DNA from: Paraphysomonas bandaiensis
Taxonomy: Eukaryota > Protista > Chrysophyceae
DNA length: 64,000 nucleotides
NCBI GenBank assembly: GCA_965644295.1
Contig: CBFFRP010000370.1
Span: forward strand, 62,001 to 126,000
Reading direction: 5' to 3'
Position 1 is the first letter of the stretch; every line of letters begins with the position of its first letter. Made by a program: the position numbers and the translations under genes. Of the stretch, positions 12,978-24,992 are shown one piece after another. The notes beneath the pieces were generated by a model. It was not told the DNA's origin, did not search any database, and saw only the letters and a list, made by a program, of their open reading frames with translations.

Positions 12978-13107
12978 GCATCTTAGTTTTCGGAAATAAA
13001 TTGAAGCAAATATACTCTCTATTACTTCAATACAACTACGCCTGGAATACAGATAATTGTTGTCTCAATATTAGAGGCATCTTGGAACAAAAATACACAA
13101 AGGACGC
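12978..13107. repeat. ~125-bp dispersed repeat, second copy at ~20247-20375
   Basis: AAATTGAAGCAAA...CTGGAATACAGATAATTGTTGTCTCAATATTAGAGGCATCTT...AAAATACACAAAGGA in both copies. Confidence 0.85.
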
Positions 13108-13387
13108 CGATACGCATGGATGGATGTAGGTAGGTAGGTATGTATGTATGGATTCGTAGTATATGTGAAAATTACTAACTTTTTCAACAATTTCTATGGT
13201 TTTTACTTGATTTCTGCATACATAAAATCAATTTTACATAAAATTCCTTGTTTTTGTCATACTACTACAACACACACTCCTCTCCTCTGTGTACGTACAT
13301 ACATATATATACATACATACATATGAGGGTAAAGTTCCTCCATAGTTGATACCAACTCCTCCTCCTCTATCATCACTCATCCTTCAT

Positions 13388-14720
13388 ATGGTATACTTTG
13401 GACAACTCGTGATAGGTCCTCCAGGATCAGGGTATGTATATCTCTCTCCATCTGCTGCTGCTGCTGCTGCTGCTGCTGTCTGTATATATACACACACTCA
13501 TATATATATACAGGAAGACAACGTACTGCTGTGGTATGCAAATGTTTCTACAGACGATAGGAAGAACATGTGAGGTAGATTGTAATCCATCACATACGCC
13601 TATCTTACGGGGCCATAGATCGTGAATTTAGATTTTGCTAATGACAATGTCCCGTATGATCTAGCGATCGATGTCAGGGAGCTAGTATCTCTAGAGGTAA
13701 TGCATATGAATGACTATCTATTCATTGATATGGAAATAATATGCAATTATATTATAGAGAGTAATGGAAGAGTTTAATCTTGGACCTAATGGGGGGCTTA
13801 TATATTGCATGGAATATCTTTTGGAACACTTTGATTGGTTGGTAGAGAAGCTAGCTGCATTGGAATCAAGATATATTATATTTGATTGCCCTGGTCAGGT
13901 TAGTATGCACTGCAACTGTAAGTTGTTTTAGTTACGATGATGTAGATTGAACTCTACACACACCACAACTGTGTGCATAGCCTTGTGGAACGCTTGCAAC
14001 GACCAGTCCCTCCGGCCACACCTGACATGGAATGCCGACTATGCACTGTGCATCTGGTGGACTCTTTCTACTGCAGTATGCCGAGCACTTTTGTGTCGTC
14101 AGTATTACTTGTGGCATCTGCGATGCTACGATTGAGCTTGCCCCAAGTGAGTGTTCTTTCTAAAGTGGACCTGCTGCACTCGTATGGTCCTCTGCCCTTC
14201 AATCTAGACTTCTACACTGAAATGACTAACCTAATGCCTCTTACCAAATACGTTGGTCGGAATGTGAGAAACTGTGAGGACGATGCGTTGGAAGAAGATG
14301 AAGAGGACAATGAGGATGAGGTGCCCGGCATACCGGAAAAATTCAGGCGCATGACAGAAGGACTTTGCGAAGTGCTGGATGAATTTGGCCTAATATCTTT
14401 CATTGCAATGAATATTCAAGACGGAGAGACGGTACGCAGGGTGCTAGCAGCGATAGATAAGGCAAATGGTTATAGGTGAGTCACATGAACATTTTGTTAT
14501 GTACGAATGATTTTGGTATAGCTTTGCTGCCTCTGAGGCAAACGAGATTATGGATCGTAACAAAAGTGACAAGGCTCAGAATGAGGGACAAGAGCCAATA
14601 AATCAAATGTTCCGAGTTGCAGCTCAGGATTTAGAACCTGCTTATATGCGCACACTAGAGATACAGGAAAGGTATGGAGGACGTGCTGACGTGGATGATG
14701 AACCTGTCCCCAGCACGTAG
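13388..14720 (+). CDS. GPN2: GPN-loop GTPase 2 (multi-exon)
   Basis: MVYFGQLVIGPPGSG|KTTYC, NLDFAND, LGPNGGLIYCMEYL, FDCPGQ, ELYTHH, VHLVDS, VLSKVDL, IDKANGY. Confidence 0.92.
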
Positions 14721-15071
14721 ATATCTATATAATAATATATAATCTATAAATTACGTTGAATTTGCATCTGTGTCTATATTTGTAGTGTTTATTCTAGAGA
14801 TGCCTGAGAGATAAAATTAGAGATGCCATCTGTGTGATTGAAGAGTTTCGTAATGGAATATAAGTACGCCGCATAGTTGCGTACCGTCTGTAACGAAAGT
14901 ACTAGATACTAGATAGCTGCTCCATACAGAGTAGAAGGAAGAAACGGAGACATTCAATCGTAATGGTATAATATATTTCTCTCAGCGCATCACACACCCT
15001 CAAAAAACACAAACATAAAGTAAGTATCAGGCATCAGGGCAGCGTAACATTATACCAATTAATTGATACTA

Positions 15072-15467
15072 CCCTCAACAAGTCGGGTTTCTGAATGGTA
15101 AGTACCGGAGATATTTCTCTGGGAAACTAACGCGAGTCGCATATATAGTCAGCATATCCAAAAGCTTGTGTGGTACAAGAGACACCAATAATTGTGTAGA
15201 CTTCTTTGGGCCTTGACGAATAAGCAAACGTCTCCGGGAATGGACCCACCTCAAGGGTATCCGGAGTATTGGGCTTGGGCTGCCTACCGAAGTCAAGCAT
15301 CCGGGCTAGTTCACCTTAAGGAAAGTGCACCTTGGTGCTTGCGGTGATGCACAAAAAGCTTTTGTAGGCCCAAATAGTAGGATATCAAAGTTAAGCACTT
15401 GTTAGTTAAATTGCAATGCTACATTAGTTCTGACTCTTACACGCCTATTGATAATAATCAGACATTC
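15072..15467 (+). mobile_element. Short non-autonomous retroposon (CCCTCAAC family), copy 1
   Basis: Starts CCCTCAACAAGTC, ends ACGCCTATTGATAATAATCAGACATTC; diverged TSD AATTAATTGATACTA / AATTAATTGCTGCTA; homologous to 22039-22522. Confidence 0.75.
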
Positions 15468-16135
15468 ACTAATTAATTGCTGCTAATAAACTAATACAAT
15501 ATATAAGAATCATAGTAACTAATCTAGCGAATAATAGTATATAGCATCATGATACAAACGGATGCAGTTTGCTGCTCGATATATGCCAACGTAGCTTGTT
15601 CAACACAATATTATCGTTGCAAGAAGCATTTGAATAGCACACACAATCTTAATGAGCGGTTGTTTAGCAGCGCTCCCACTACTCCTCTAACACTTTCACG
15701 CCCCCACACACGCGAACCCCAACGTAGGCGACTCCACCAGCTCTATATTTACGTATCCGTCTGTGATAAGTTTAAATGTACGCTTACAAATTCACATAGT
15801 GACACACACCTAGTATCATTATGTATATAAAAATATTGATAATAAATATTGAGTACACTGCATTCTATACTCCTCATGATGTCTCAGCAGAGAATGACAG
15901 CTGGGCGAATGAACACATCTTTCACTTTCACGTACTCACACACGCAACCCAAGGAAGGCTACTCCGCCAGCTCAATTTACATCCAACTCATACACCATCG
16001 CAGTACGATTCTATCTCGCACCATCTTACTCCCTCGGAACAATATCCTCCCATCTACATAACTCTAACCCTCTCTTAAGCGTCTGAGACGATTAGAGATG
16101 TGATGGTCCTTGGCAAAGGGCTATGCCTTGATGCA

Positions 16136-17290
16136 TCAGTTGGGTACCTTGTGCTCATACCCGCGCCTATCCAATACTCCTCTGTACGTGCCTTCCGTCA
16201 TTCTCTCTCTCACATTCTCTATCTCCCTCCTTACCAACCTCTCACTTTGCCATACATACTTTTCTTGATATTCTGTTTCCACCGACCTCACCAGATGTAG
16301 CAGCATATTCCTCTGAAGCATATTCCTGGTCTCCTGTGATAGCCCCACGGGTTTTGAGGCTACATGAATGTCCTCCTGCATCCATCCCCCGTCTCGTCTG
16401 CTCTCCTCCTCTTCTGTCCTCCGTCTACCACTGGACCTACTTCCCATACTCCACTCATCCTGTGACGGCATCTCCTCCCTTCGTCTCCCTATCCGGCCTC
16501 CTACTCCCATCGCAGCCAACTCCTCCATCACTGGTGTACTTCGATACTCTTCCCCTATATCCCTTCTGACTGGTGTCTTCGGATAATCGTCCCCTCTTTC
16601 TCCCCTATGAGGCTGCCAATGCTCTGCTCCTGTGCTCTCCCTCCTACTCGGTGTCTGCCCCTCTTCTCTCATTATCTTCCCATCTCTCCGACCTCCTCTA
16701 TACCAGCTTACCCAACACTGTGTAGCATACTTTGGCGCTGATCCTGCCTTCAGTACTGCCTGGCAGCTCCTACACTTACGATCAAATATGAGAGTCTCTG
16801 TCCGTGGATTCCCTCTCATCTCTATCACGGGCTGATCTCTTGCTTTCTCCGTCGCATACCTCTGTCGCACCCACACCCATGATGGAATATCTGCAGGCTT
16901 GCTCTCCCTCTCTTGCTGCTCCAACTCCCCCAGCCGCATCTTCTCACTAAATAATTTCCTGGTAGTCTCCATATCCCCCGCTCCTGTCTCCCTCGCTCGT
17001 ACAGGCATCCCTGTTAGTGGGTCCCCCTCCTCTGACTCTTGATAGTCTGGTAACCTACTCCAGTCCCTGTACATTCTCTCCCCTGTGGCCTCCATCCCTG
17101 GCCTGCCCTTGCTGTGTCCACTCCCGTCACCACGGTTGTAGACTGGTTTCTCAAATGGGACCGTCCCTTGGCCGGCCCCGGTATCCCACCATGCCTCTGA
17201 GAATGATGTTTCTTGTGCACTGTCCACACCGTCCTCCCATAGCTCTGCCCCATGCGCTTCCCCTCTTTGAGATCGTTGCCATGAATTTTT
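16136..17290 (-). CDS. Charged R/E/G-rich hypothetical ORF with CxxC, possibly TE-derived; start unclear
   Basis: Long open frame with strong purine skew and CRSCQAVLKAGSAPKYA; possible short final exon after an intron near 16085-16147. Confidence 0.35.
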   Translation of the reverse strand, partial: KNSWQRSQRGEAHGAELWEDGVDSAQETSFSEAWWDTGAGQGTVPFEKPVYNRGDGSGHSKGRPGMEATGERMYRDWSRLPDYQESEEGDPLTGMPVRARETGAGDMETTRKLFSEKMRLGELEQQERESKPADIPSWVWVRQRYATEKARDQPVIEMRGNPRTETLIFDRKCRSCQAVLKAGSAPKYATQCWVSWYRGGRRDGKIMREEGQTPSRRESTGAEHWQPHRGERGDDYPKTPVRRDIGEEYRSTPVMEELAAMGVGGRIGRRREEMPSQDEWSMGSRSSGRRRTEEEESRRDGGWMQEDIHVASKPVGLSQETRNMLQRNMLLHLVRSVETEYQEKYVWQSERLVRREIENVRERMTEGTYRGVLDRRGYEHKVPN

Positions 17291-17445
17291 CACTGGGTCT
17301 CGGGGACAGCCCACGTTGTCCACCACATGAGACGATTGGAATTGATCAACCACGAGGAAGCGGGGGCAGCAAAAATTCATGGCAACGATCTCAAAGAGGG
17401 GAAGCGCATGGGGCAGAGCTATGGGAGGACGGTGTGGACAGTGCA
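17216..17445. repeat. Perfect 75-bp inverted repeat with 80-bp spacer
   Basis: 17216-17290 is the exact reverse complement of 17371-17445. Confidence 0.97.
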
Positions 17446-18355
17446 AGGACCCATACCCCTGATAAACCGCACCTTGACACCGAAGCACCGAAGAACTATA
17501 CGTCCGTGGGCAACTCCCACACATAAGGCTATTTGTATACTTAAAGACAACCGAAAGCACGCATCAAACTTCCAACGCGATATCGTTGCATGAAGTATTC
17601 GTATAGCACTACCAATGTTTTGTGAGACGTTATTTTGCCGAGCTAAGATTGTCATGACTAGATTTTCGCAAGCGAATGATGACACCTAGACACCTTGAAA
17701 TGTTGAATTTTCTGCGTGAAAATGTTAATGTTTCTTTGGGATGAGATTCTAGTTCAGAAAGTTATTCTAAAATCTATCAATAGAATGAAAGGCAATTAAT
17801 TGGAAATTATTGCCAATTACCAAAAATTGGATGCTTGATTAATAATTGCAATTAAAAATTGTTGGACACCTTTCACCAATTAAATGCCAATTAATTGTTA
17901 CGCAAGCCTGCTACATTAGTCCTGGCTCTGAGACGCCTATTGCTAATAATAAGGCATTCACTACCTTGTAGTTCAGAAAGCTATTCACAAAAGCAATAGA
18001 GTTGGATGTTTGGTTAATAGTTATTACCTCTCTACAAATAGTTGCCAATTCATTGTTACGCAAACCTGGTCCATACTACAACCTACAACAATGCGATATT
18101 TATCCCGAGGCTCAGGTATGATGTTTTCAATTTTACATTATGACGGCTAGTATGGCTATTGTACATTATAATTTTCTCGTTATTGGCTCTTGTGAAAAAA
18201 ATATACATCGAAAAAATTATTAGACGTTTTGAATACCGCAAATAAACTATGAAACAAGCAAAGAAACAAGAACATGTAGAGAGGAAACACAATTTCCCAA
18301 ACCTTTCACATTATAACACTGATATTTTCTCTATTCTAATGTACCTAATCGGAAG

Positions 18356-19689
18356 TCATTGTATGTACGTGTGGCACTCAATAGTGTCAAGGGTGAGAGA
18401 CGAGGAGGTGGGGTCGAAGGTGTTCCATTCGAGACAGTTATAACCAGAGTACTCGGGGGCCTCAGTGTTGGATGAGGAAGAGCTGTGTGCTTCGTAGTAA
18501 CGGCAATCTAATGGACTACTCACCTGGGGCACCCAGGGAGGCGTCACCTGTCTCCTTTCCAGTTTCTGCCAATCTATAAGACCACCTTGTGCAAACCATA
18601 TGTGGTTCTGAATATCCTCCGCACCCCGCCCGCCGCGCACACACCCCAATCTCTGGGTGGGATTCTTTTGAAGGAGACCTCGTATAATACTCTTTGACGG
18701 TTGGGATATATTCTTGGGGAAGACGGGGTCCCGCGACACTATGTTCTCTGCAGTGGCCGAATCACGGCACTGCTGCTTTTCGCTGTCCTCTGGTATCGGG
18801 ACAAAAGCTGATCTCCCAACCAGCATCTCAAATATGAGAACCCCTAAAGCCCAATAATCAACCCCTTTGTCGTACCCCGCGTCGTGAGATAAGGCTTCAG
18901 GGCACAGGTACTCAACATGTCCGCAAAGGGTAAAGGCGCGGTCAGTGAACGTCTTCGCGAATCCCCAGTCAGTTAATTTAAGAAAACCCCGGCTATCAAT
19001 AAGTAAAGTATCAGGGTGAAGTCCGCGATATACCACGTTTTTTCCATGCGCATATTTGAGGGCGGAAAGAACACAGGCAGCATAAAATACTTTCTGCTTG
19101 TCCCCTATGCCGTAGTCGTGGGCGTTGCTGAGCAAGCACGAGAGACTGGCTCCTGGTTCTACGTCAGTGATAAGAAATAAACTATTTTGATTGGAGAGTG
19201 ACCCAATAAGCTTTGTAATAAACGGATGATCCAAACGTTCTAAAAGATCCTTTTCGCGACTCGGAACGTGTTGTTGAAATGTTTCACTGAGTATAGCTTT
19301 GTGATATACATTGAGTGTCACCACTTTCCCTGATGGTGAATGGGCTGCCAATAATTTACAACCAAATCTTCCCGATGCTAAAGTATTGTGAATTTTAAAT
19401 TCTGCAATAGATTCTGCAAAAGTTGTATCTCGTGACCCTATAATAAGACCCTCTTTGTAAGTATCGGCACTGCTATTCGATGCTGAGCAATCTGATTCTG
19501 TTTTATCAAATTCAAATGGACAACAATTCTGGCTAGAGGCTTTTGGTTTGGAAGGTTCGCCGTTAGCTGACTTGGTATCATCTCCAGTGAAACATGACTT
19601 AAGTAACTGTGAAGTAATAGTTATATACAGCAGCTATGAGTACATATTAATAAACTTACAATATCAAACACTCCATCAAACAATGACAT
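18356..19689 (-). CDS. PKA/PKG-like AGC kinase-fold protein, predicted pseudokinase (2 exons)
   Basis: Exon 19689-19660 (MSLFDGVFDI), intron, exon 19606-18356; HPFI, LKLTDWGFAK, TLCGHVEYLCPE, DYWALGVLIFEM, RLG, PPWVP; catalytic loop reads YRGLHPDT. Confidence 0.85.
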
Positions 19690-20460
19690 CCTTATCAGCA
19701 CTCCCTACGAACCTCTACAATACGTGATAGGATACCTTCAATGATGATGAGAAGTTCGAGCTATCTCTGCAATGGTTTGCAATGAACTATGCAGCAGTGT
19801 GGATGCATGTATGTATGTATGTATGTATGTGTGTATAGGCAGCGCTCCAAATTTTCAACCGTCAGTGAGAACGCTGTAGGGCAGAATACAGTACGTATAT
19901 CCTGCCACTAAATTTTTGATGAAAGTTTTAATGTATTCTGTAGTATACAGTGTATTCGGCTATATACCCTCCCTTTTATACGAGAAAGCTCCTTGCACAA
20001 TTGCATTGTAGCAAAATTTCGTTGGTCAAAAAACAGCATCCATCAAAAAACAGCATCTAGATCACATTTTCCATAGATTATCGATTTTATCAATTTGTTC
20101 ATGGTTTATTTCATTGAAAAATCATCGTTTTTTCACTGAAAAGTGAAAAAGAGAGATTTTTTAATGAGAAAACGATGACTTTTCAAATCGATATGCACAA
20201 CCACAAACGGATGTATGGTGACATATGGTAATGTATGGTGTCGTATGCATCTTATTTTTCGGGAAGAAATTGAAGCAAAAATACTCTATATTACTTCAAT
20301 GCAACTACGGCTGGAATACAGATAATTGTTGTCTCAATATTAGAGGCATCTTAGAACAAAAATACACAAAGGATGCAGAGACGTGAACACACCATCATAT
20401 CCATAGCCGGAATCTGTCAGGAAACATCCACATCCTGTCCACAGCCCCCCTGCTGCACTG

Positions 20461-20712
20461 TGTATGTATGTATGTATATACGTATGTATGTATGTATGTA
20501 TGTATGTATGTATGTATGTATGTATGTATGTATGTATGTATGTATGTATGTATGTATGTATGTATGTATGTATGTATGTATGTATGTATGTATGTATGTA
20601 TGTATGTATGTATGTATGTATGTATGTATGTATGTATGTATGTATGTATGTATGTATGTATGTATGTATGTATGTATGTATGTATGTATGTATGTATGTA
20701 TGTATGTATGTA
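20461..20712. repeat. (TATG)n microsatellite, ~250 bp
   Basis: Direct observation. Confidence 0.99.
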
Positions 20713-20790
20713 CTATCAGACACATGGATGTGTATATGAAATAGATGCATATTCCCAGCTCACAACAAACAGAAGAGATTACAAGATAAC

Positions 20791-21546
20791 ATGATCGTGT
20801 ATGTGACAACACAAGCAGGTAAGACGATGACGTTTACTGTTGAACCAAACACACGTATTGGTAACACCCACAAAACTGCTAGACACACTGATAGCATCAC
20901 TGATAGCATCACTGATAGCATGAATGCTCGTATGAGAAGCTATGAAGAAATGAATATGAATGAAGTAGGGAACTATACCTTCACTCTACCTCATTTAATC
21001 ATGAGATTGTGTCGTGATCTTCACTGGGATCCTCATTTTGCAGAGGAGGCAACTGGAGAATATATTCGATTGATTGAAATGAAGTGCGTCAGTCGAGACA
21101 CTGATGGAAAGATTTTATCACCATCACCAATTATCGATCAAGTTTGGCACACTCATATTCTGGATACAAGAGCGTATATGAAAGACACGGAGATTATTCA
21201 TCGGAGAGTAGCTGGTGATCAGCAATTTGAATTTCTGCATCATTCTCCGGATAATGCACAAGATGTAGACGAAAGGAGACGACGCTTAAAAAACACAAAA
21301 AGGGTGTATCGGGCAAGTTATGCGGAGCGTATGGACGAAAAATATTGGGCAGAGAATGCTACTGTGACTTATTTCTCACCTCCGCTATCACTGAAGGAAA
21401 TGGTTCGAAACGAGGAAGGAATTCCGTGCAATCAACAAAGACTCATTTTTAGGGATGTAAATTTGGATGATTCTAGGATGCTGTCCGACTACAATATCAC
21501 TCATGAATCTAGTATTCGCCTAGTCTTGAAGTTGATAGGGTGCTAG
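20791..21546 (+). CDS. Ubiquitin-like protein with an internal GRDP/DUF1399-like insertion; C-terminus LIGC
   Basis: N-terminus [19 protein letters not shown] resembles ubiquitin 1-19; C-terminus [13 protein letters not shown]...[21 protein letters not shown] resembles ubiquitin ~33-76; middle EYIRLI...[19 protein letters not shown]...FLHHSP. Confidence 0.85.
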   Translation: MIVYVTTQAGKTMTFTVEPNTRIGNTHKTARHTDSITDSITDSMNARMRSYEEMNMNEVGNYTFTLPHLIMRLCRDLHWDPHFAEEATGEYIRLIEMKCVSRDTDGKILSPSPIIDQVWHTHILDTRAYMKDTEIIHRRVAGDQQFEFLHHSPDNAQDVDERRRRLKNTKRVYRASYAERMDEKYWAENATVTYFSPPLSLKEMVRNEEGIPCNQQRLIFRDVNLDDSRMLSDYNITHESSIRLVLKLIGC

Positions 21547-21873
21547 ACTGTATTTAGCACACTTCATATTGATTGGTTCAAACTAGGGCAGGAAATCTGG
21601 GCAATTTTCTACAACGAAGTTTTGGATGATTCCCAGATGCTGTCCGACTACGATATCAGTGATGGGTCTGTTATTATCGTACGCTTTACATTGAGAGGGT
21701 GATAGATGATAGTCAGAACACTTCATATTGTACATTATATGTAGTCCGATTCCTATCATATCATTAGTTCGTGTAACACTGATAACCACAACTGTGTTTT
21801 TCTAGTAACGTCATTATAAGTCAAATACCTTATAGATTTTAATTCCTTACAAACAGCAAAACTCAACACAGAC

Positions 21874-22830
21874 TGCCCCATTCCGAGGGCGTGCCCTAGT
21901 AAAGTGCTAGAGTTGATTAAGCTAAGTAATGTATATATAGTTAATAAATATCAGCGTATTCTTTGTGTGTCGGCGCCAATAAATCTCTAGCTTGATCTAC
22001 ACTCTACACTATACTTGCATAGTTTATATGAAATTACACCCTCAACAAAGTCAGACTCGCACCTTTTCGTGGTGTTCTGGGGGATAAGTACCGGGGAGAT
22101 TCTCTCTGGGAAACGAACATGAGCCGCAAACATAGTCAGCAGATATTCTTCTGCCTACTCATATAGCCGAATGCTTGTGTGGTACAAGGGACACCAATAA
22201 GTGTCACTTGTGTAGACGTCTTTGGGCCCTGACGAATAAACAGGCATCCGGGACAGGGCCCACCTGAAGGGTAACCGGGGTATTGGGCTGCCTGCTGAAG
22301 TCAAGCATCCGAGATGTTCACCTTAAGAACTCAGAGCGGAAGTGGTCGCACCTTGGTGCTTGCGGCAACGCACAAGCAGCTTCCGTAGCGTTAAATAGTA
22401 GGATAAAGAAAGTGAGTACTGATTAGTTACAGGTAGAGATCTAACTAGTTTGTCTACTAGCATTCATCTAGCTACTAAGTTGGTGCAGGTTTTTGACGCC
22501 TGTTGCTAATAATAAGACTTTCAATATGTATGAGATTACAAGAAATCCCGCGCATTCTAGGGGAGGAGTGAGTCAATAGTGAGTAGTGAGTCATGCATGG
22601 TCACGGTCACGAGAATCTGTACGAACATATATAACTCCTGCATAACTATGAGAAATCCCGCGTTATCTAAAAGAAAAAAAGCACGGGTGGGGCGGCAACA
22701 GAATCTGCGCATGATCTATGCGGTCAGCTACCTTGGTACACGGGTAGGCGGGTGGTAGAATCAGTGCTATATCGGTAATATGTGGTGTACCAGCAAGCCT
22801 ACACTATGGTCACGCCCTCGGAATGAGGCA
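21874..22830. mobile_element. MITE family B, opposite orientation, interrupted by a retroposon
   Basis: TIRs TGCCCCATTCCGAGGGCGT / ACGCCCTCGGAATGAGGCA; both halves match the reverse complement of 7990-8502. Confidence 0.75.
22039..22522 (+). mobile_element. Short non-autonomous retroposon (CCCTCAAC family), copy 2, nested in the MITE
   Basis: CCCTCAACAAAGTC...GACGCCTGTTGCTAATAATAAGACTTTC; TSD TATATGAAATTACA / TGTATGAGATTACA, and the site is single-copy in the 8-kb MITE. Confidence 0.8.
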
Positions 22831-22865
22831 TGTACAAATAAACATATCACAGACTGATACCTATT

Positions 22866-22949
22866 GAAAGTCTTTTATTTAGCAATAGGCGTTAGAAACC
22901 TGTACCAATATATAGTGGCTAGTTGAATGCTAGACATACTAGTTAGACA
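22866..22949 (-). mobile_element. 3'-end fragment of the retroposon family
   Basis: Reverse complement ends AACGCCTATTGCTAAATAAAAGACTTTC; flanked by GATACCTAT on both sides. Confidence 0.65.
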
Positions 22950-23073
22950 GATACCTATATACATATATACGTACACTATAACAGAAAAATTTGCCAAACA
23001 CTGGTTGAATTTGTTCACAAGTTGGTTACCAAACAACAGATATGAAATTGTAGCGTATATGAATATAATAAGT

Positions 23074-23590
23074 ACACCACAACGCAGATACGGCACCAGT
23101 AACACTGATTACGACCCCACCACACTCACAGCAATGCCAGTCACAGGATACTCACCCGACACCTAAAATACTCCAACTACTCCAAGCGACATCCACCCCA
23201 AGAATTCTATCCTCTGCAAGAGTCCGAACCCGACAGAGACAAGCGCCACCACTCCGGAAACAACTCCTCCTTACTTTTGACCGAAATCCCACCTCGACAA
23301 CCAGCACCATCTCCACCACCGACATACACTTTCATATACATCTAGCCCCAACCATCCCCAGTAAAACCCATGATACAGGCCCGCCAGACACTCTGCCCAA
23401 AGGCAGACCCCCCGACTAACCTCACTACAAGGGACGGTTGCACCATGGTGCTCGCAGCGATGCACAAGCAGTTCCGAGACGGTTGCCCGCCACTAGTCGT
23501 ATAGCAAGTCCTGTTATTAGTTAGTCTATAGATGTAAAAAACTAGTTTCTATACACAACCGTTCTCATGTAATAATCAGATATTCCTTTG
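23074..23590 (+). mobile_element. 5'-truncated LINE remnant, same family as 7028-7980
   Basis: Perfect 17-bp TSD ATATGAATATAATAAGT (23057-23073 / 23591-23607); similar to ~7455-7980. Confidence 0.85.
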
Positions 23591-23996
23591 ATATGAATAT
23601 AATAAGTCACAAAAATAATTAATTAATTAATTAGTAATTACAACTTTCTTTCAACTTTTATTAGACACTTCTTTCTTAATGTTGTTCTCGTGAGTGATCA
23701 AGTAGATGATATATATATATATTATTAACCTGTTCTGGAGAGGTTGTATGTAATGTGATGAATGACGCTGACTGCAGTGATATACTCTCTAATGTATCGT
23801 GAATAATATACTATATGCATACATGCTACAGAAAGGCTAGATAGACATACACGTACATCTGTGTTATGTAGATATGTATATATGAGCTTATTGTTATGTT
23901 TGAGTGTTTGTTTTGATGCTCTGTAAGCCACTAATATATTGTGTGGTGTGAGATGGTATCTTAGACAGTCACAGTGTGTAATCAATGGATATAAGA

Positions 23997-24115
23997 ACGA
24001 CTAGGTTGAATACCAAAGTTGACTAGGTTGAGTCATTTATTACTTTGACTAGGTTATTCCACCAAAAATAGCGTGACTAGGTAATTCAACCAATTTGACT
24101 AGGTTGAATAATATT
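23997..24115. repeat. Cluster of GACTAGGT motifs; related cluster at ~63878-63970
   Basis: Five GACTAGGT copies; GACTAGGTTGAATAATAT is shared with 63954-63971. Confidence 0.6.
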
Positions 24116-24992
24116 TCCCATACTACTTAGTGTATTGTACAACATATATTACATAAAAATATTATAATCATACACAGTTGAGAAGCCATTGGAGCTGTAG
24201 GACGTATAATATCCCCTGGAAACTACGATATCAATAAATAATCTTATACGAGAATGGCAGTCCCATTATGATTCTATAATATTCTATAATCATATCGCCT
24301 ATTATTGACTTTTTAATCATTTTATCACTAAGGTCGTTGAAGAATAGTTTAGTCAGACAAGATAATGGATAATTATTATAATTGCAAACACAATGGTGCA
24401 TTTTGGATGAAGCTCAAAGCATTCACCAACATAATTTTAGCATTCAGATAGCAACCACTGCAACTTCCGTTTATTGAATCGTCATGTGATACTTCAGTTT
24501 CACAGTTATGTACCTATACAGCATTTCACCAAGTATCACCTTTTCTCACATTAATTTTAACGAATAATACGTTCTATACTCTATACTAGGGAAATATACA
24601 TGATATTCCAGTATCCACCACTCGTTTGTATTCGTTATGACATTGTAATGAGTGTTTGATCATCGATCTGACCCAAATCAGAATTTTCAAAACATGTTAT
24701 TCTGATTCCAGTGTTTTGATAGAACCGCTGATTACTTAACATACAGAGAACTGTGAATAATTTTCTCAACGGTGCTACTTCTAGTGCAGTATGCGAAATA
24801 CTATTCTTCTACACATAATTACATAGCACTGTTCAGTAACGAAGAACCTTAAGCGGCTCTACTTTGTCAAATTGGTCAACAAGTGATCAAGAGGCCAAGA
24901 TGCTTTATTTCTACTCTACAGAAGCGAAGTCCTGCGTTGCTTTTATACTGGAGTAATTGTAAAATGTAAGGTACACGGCGTGGTCTTTAAAT

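Noticed and set aside
20861-21396. Ubiquitin insert as a simple intron
   Set aside because: The nearest GT (20861) / AG (21396) pair shifts the frame; the insert is open, carries a conserved motif and is far longer than local introns
22500-22530. IS200/IS605- or Fanzor-like right end suggested by TTCAA/TTCAC after the tail
   Set aside because: The bases after GACTTTC vary and abut or belong to the TSD; long TSDs and 5' truncation fit retrotransposition; no TnpB/Fanzor/Y1 ORF seen
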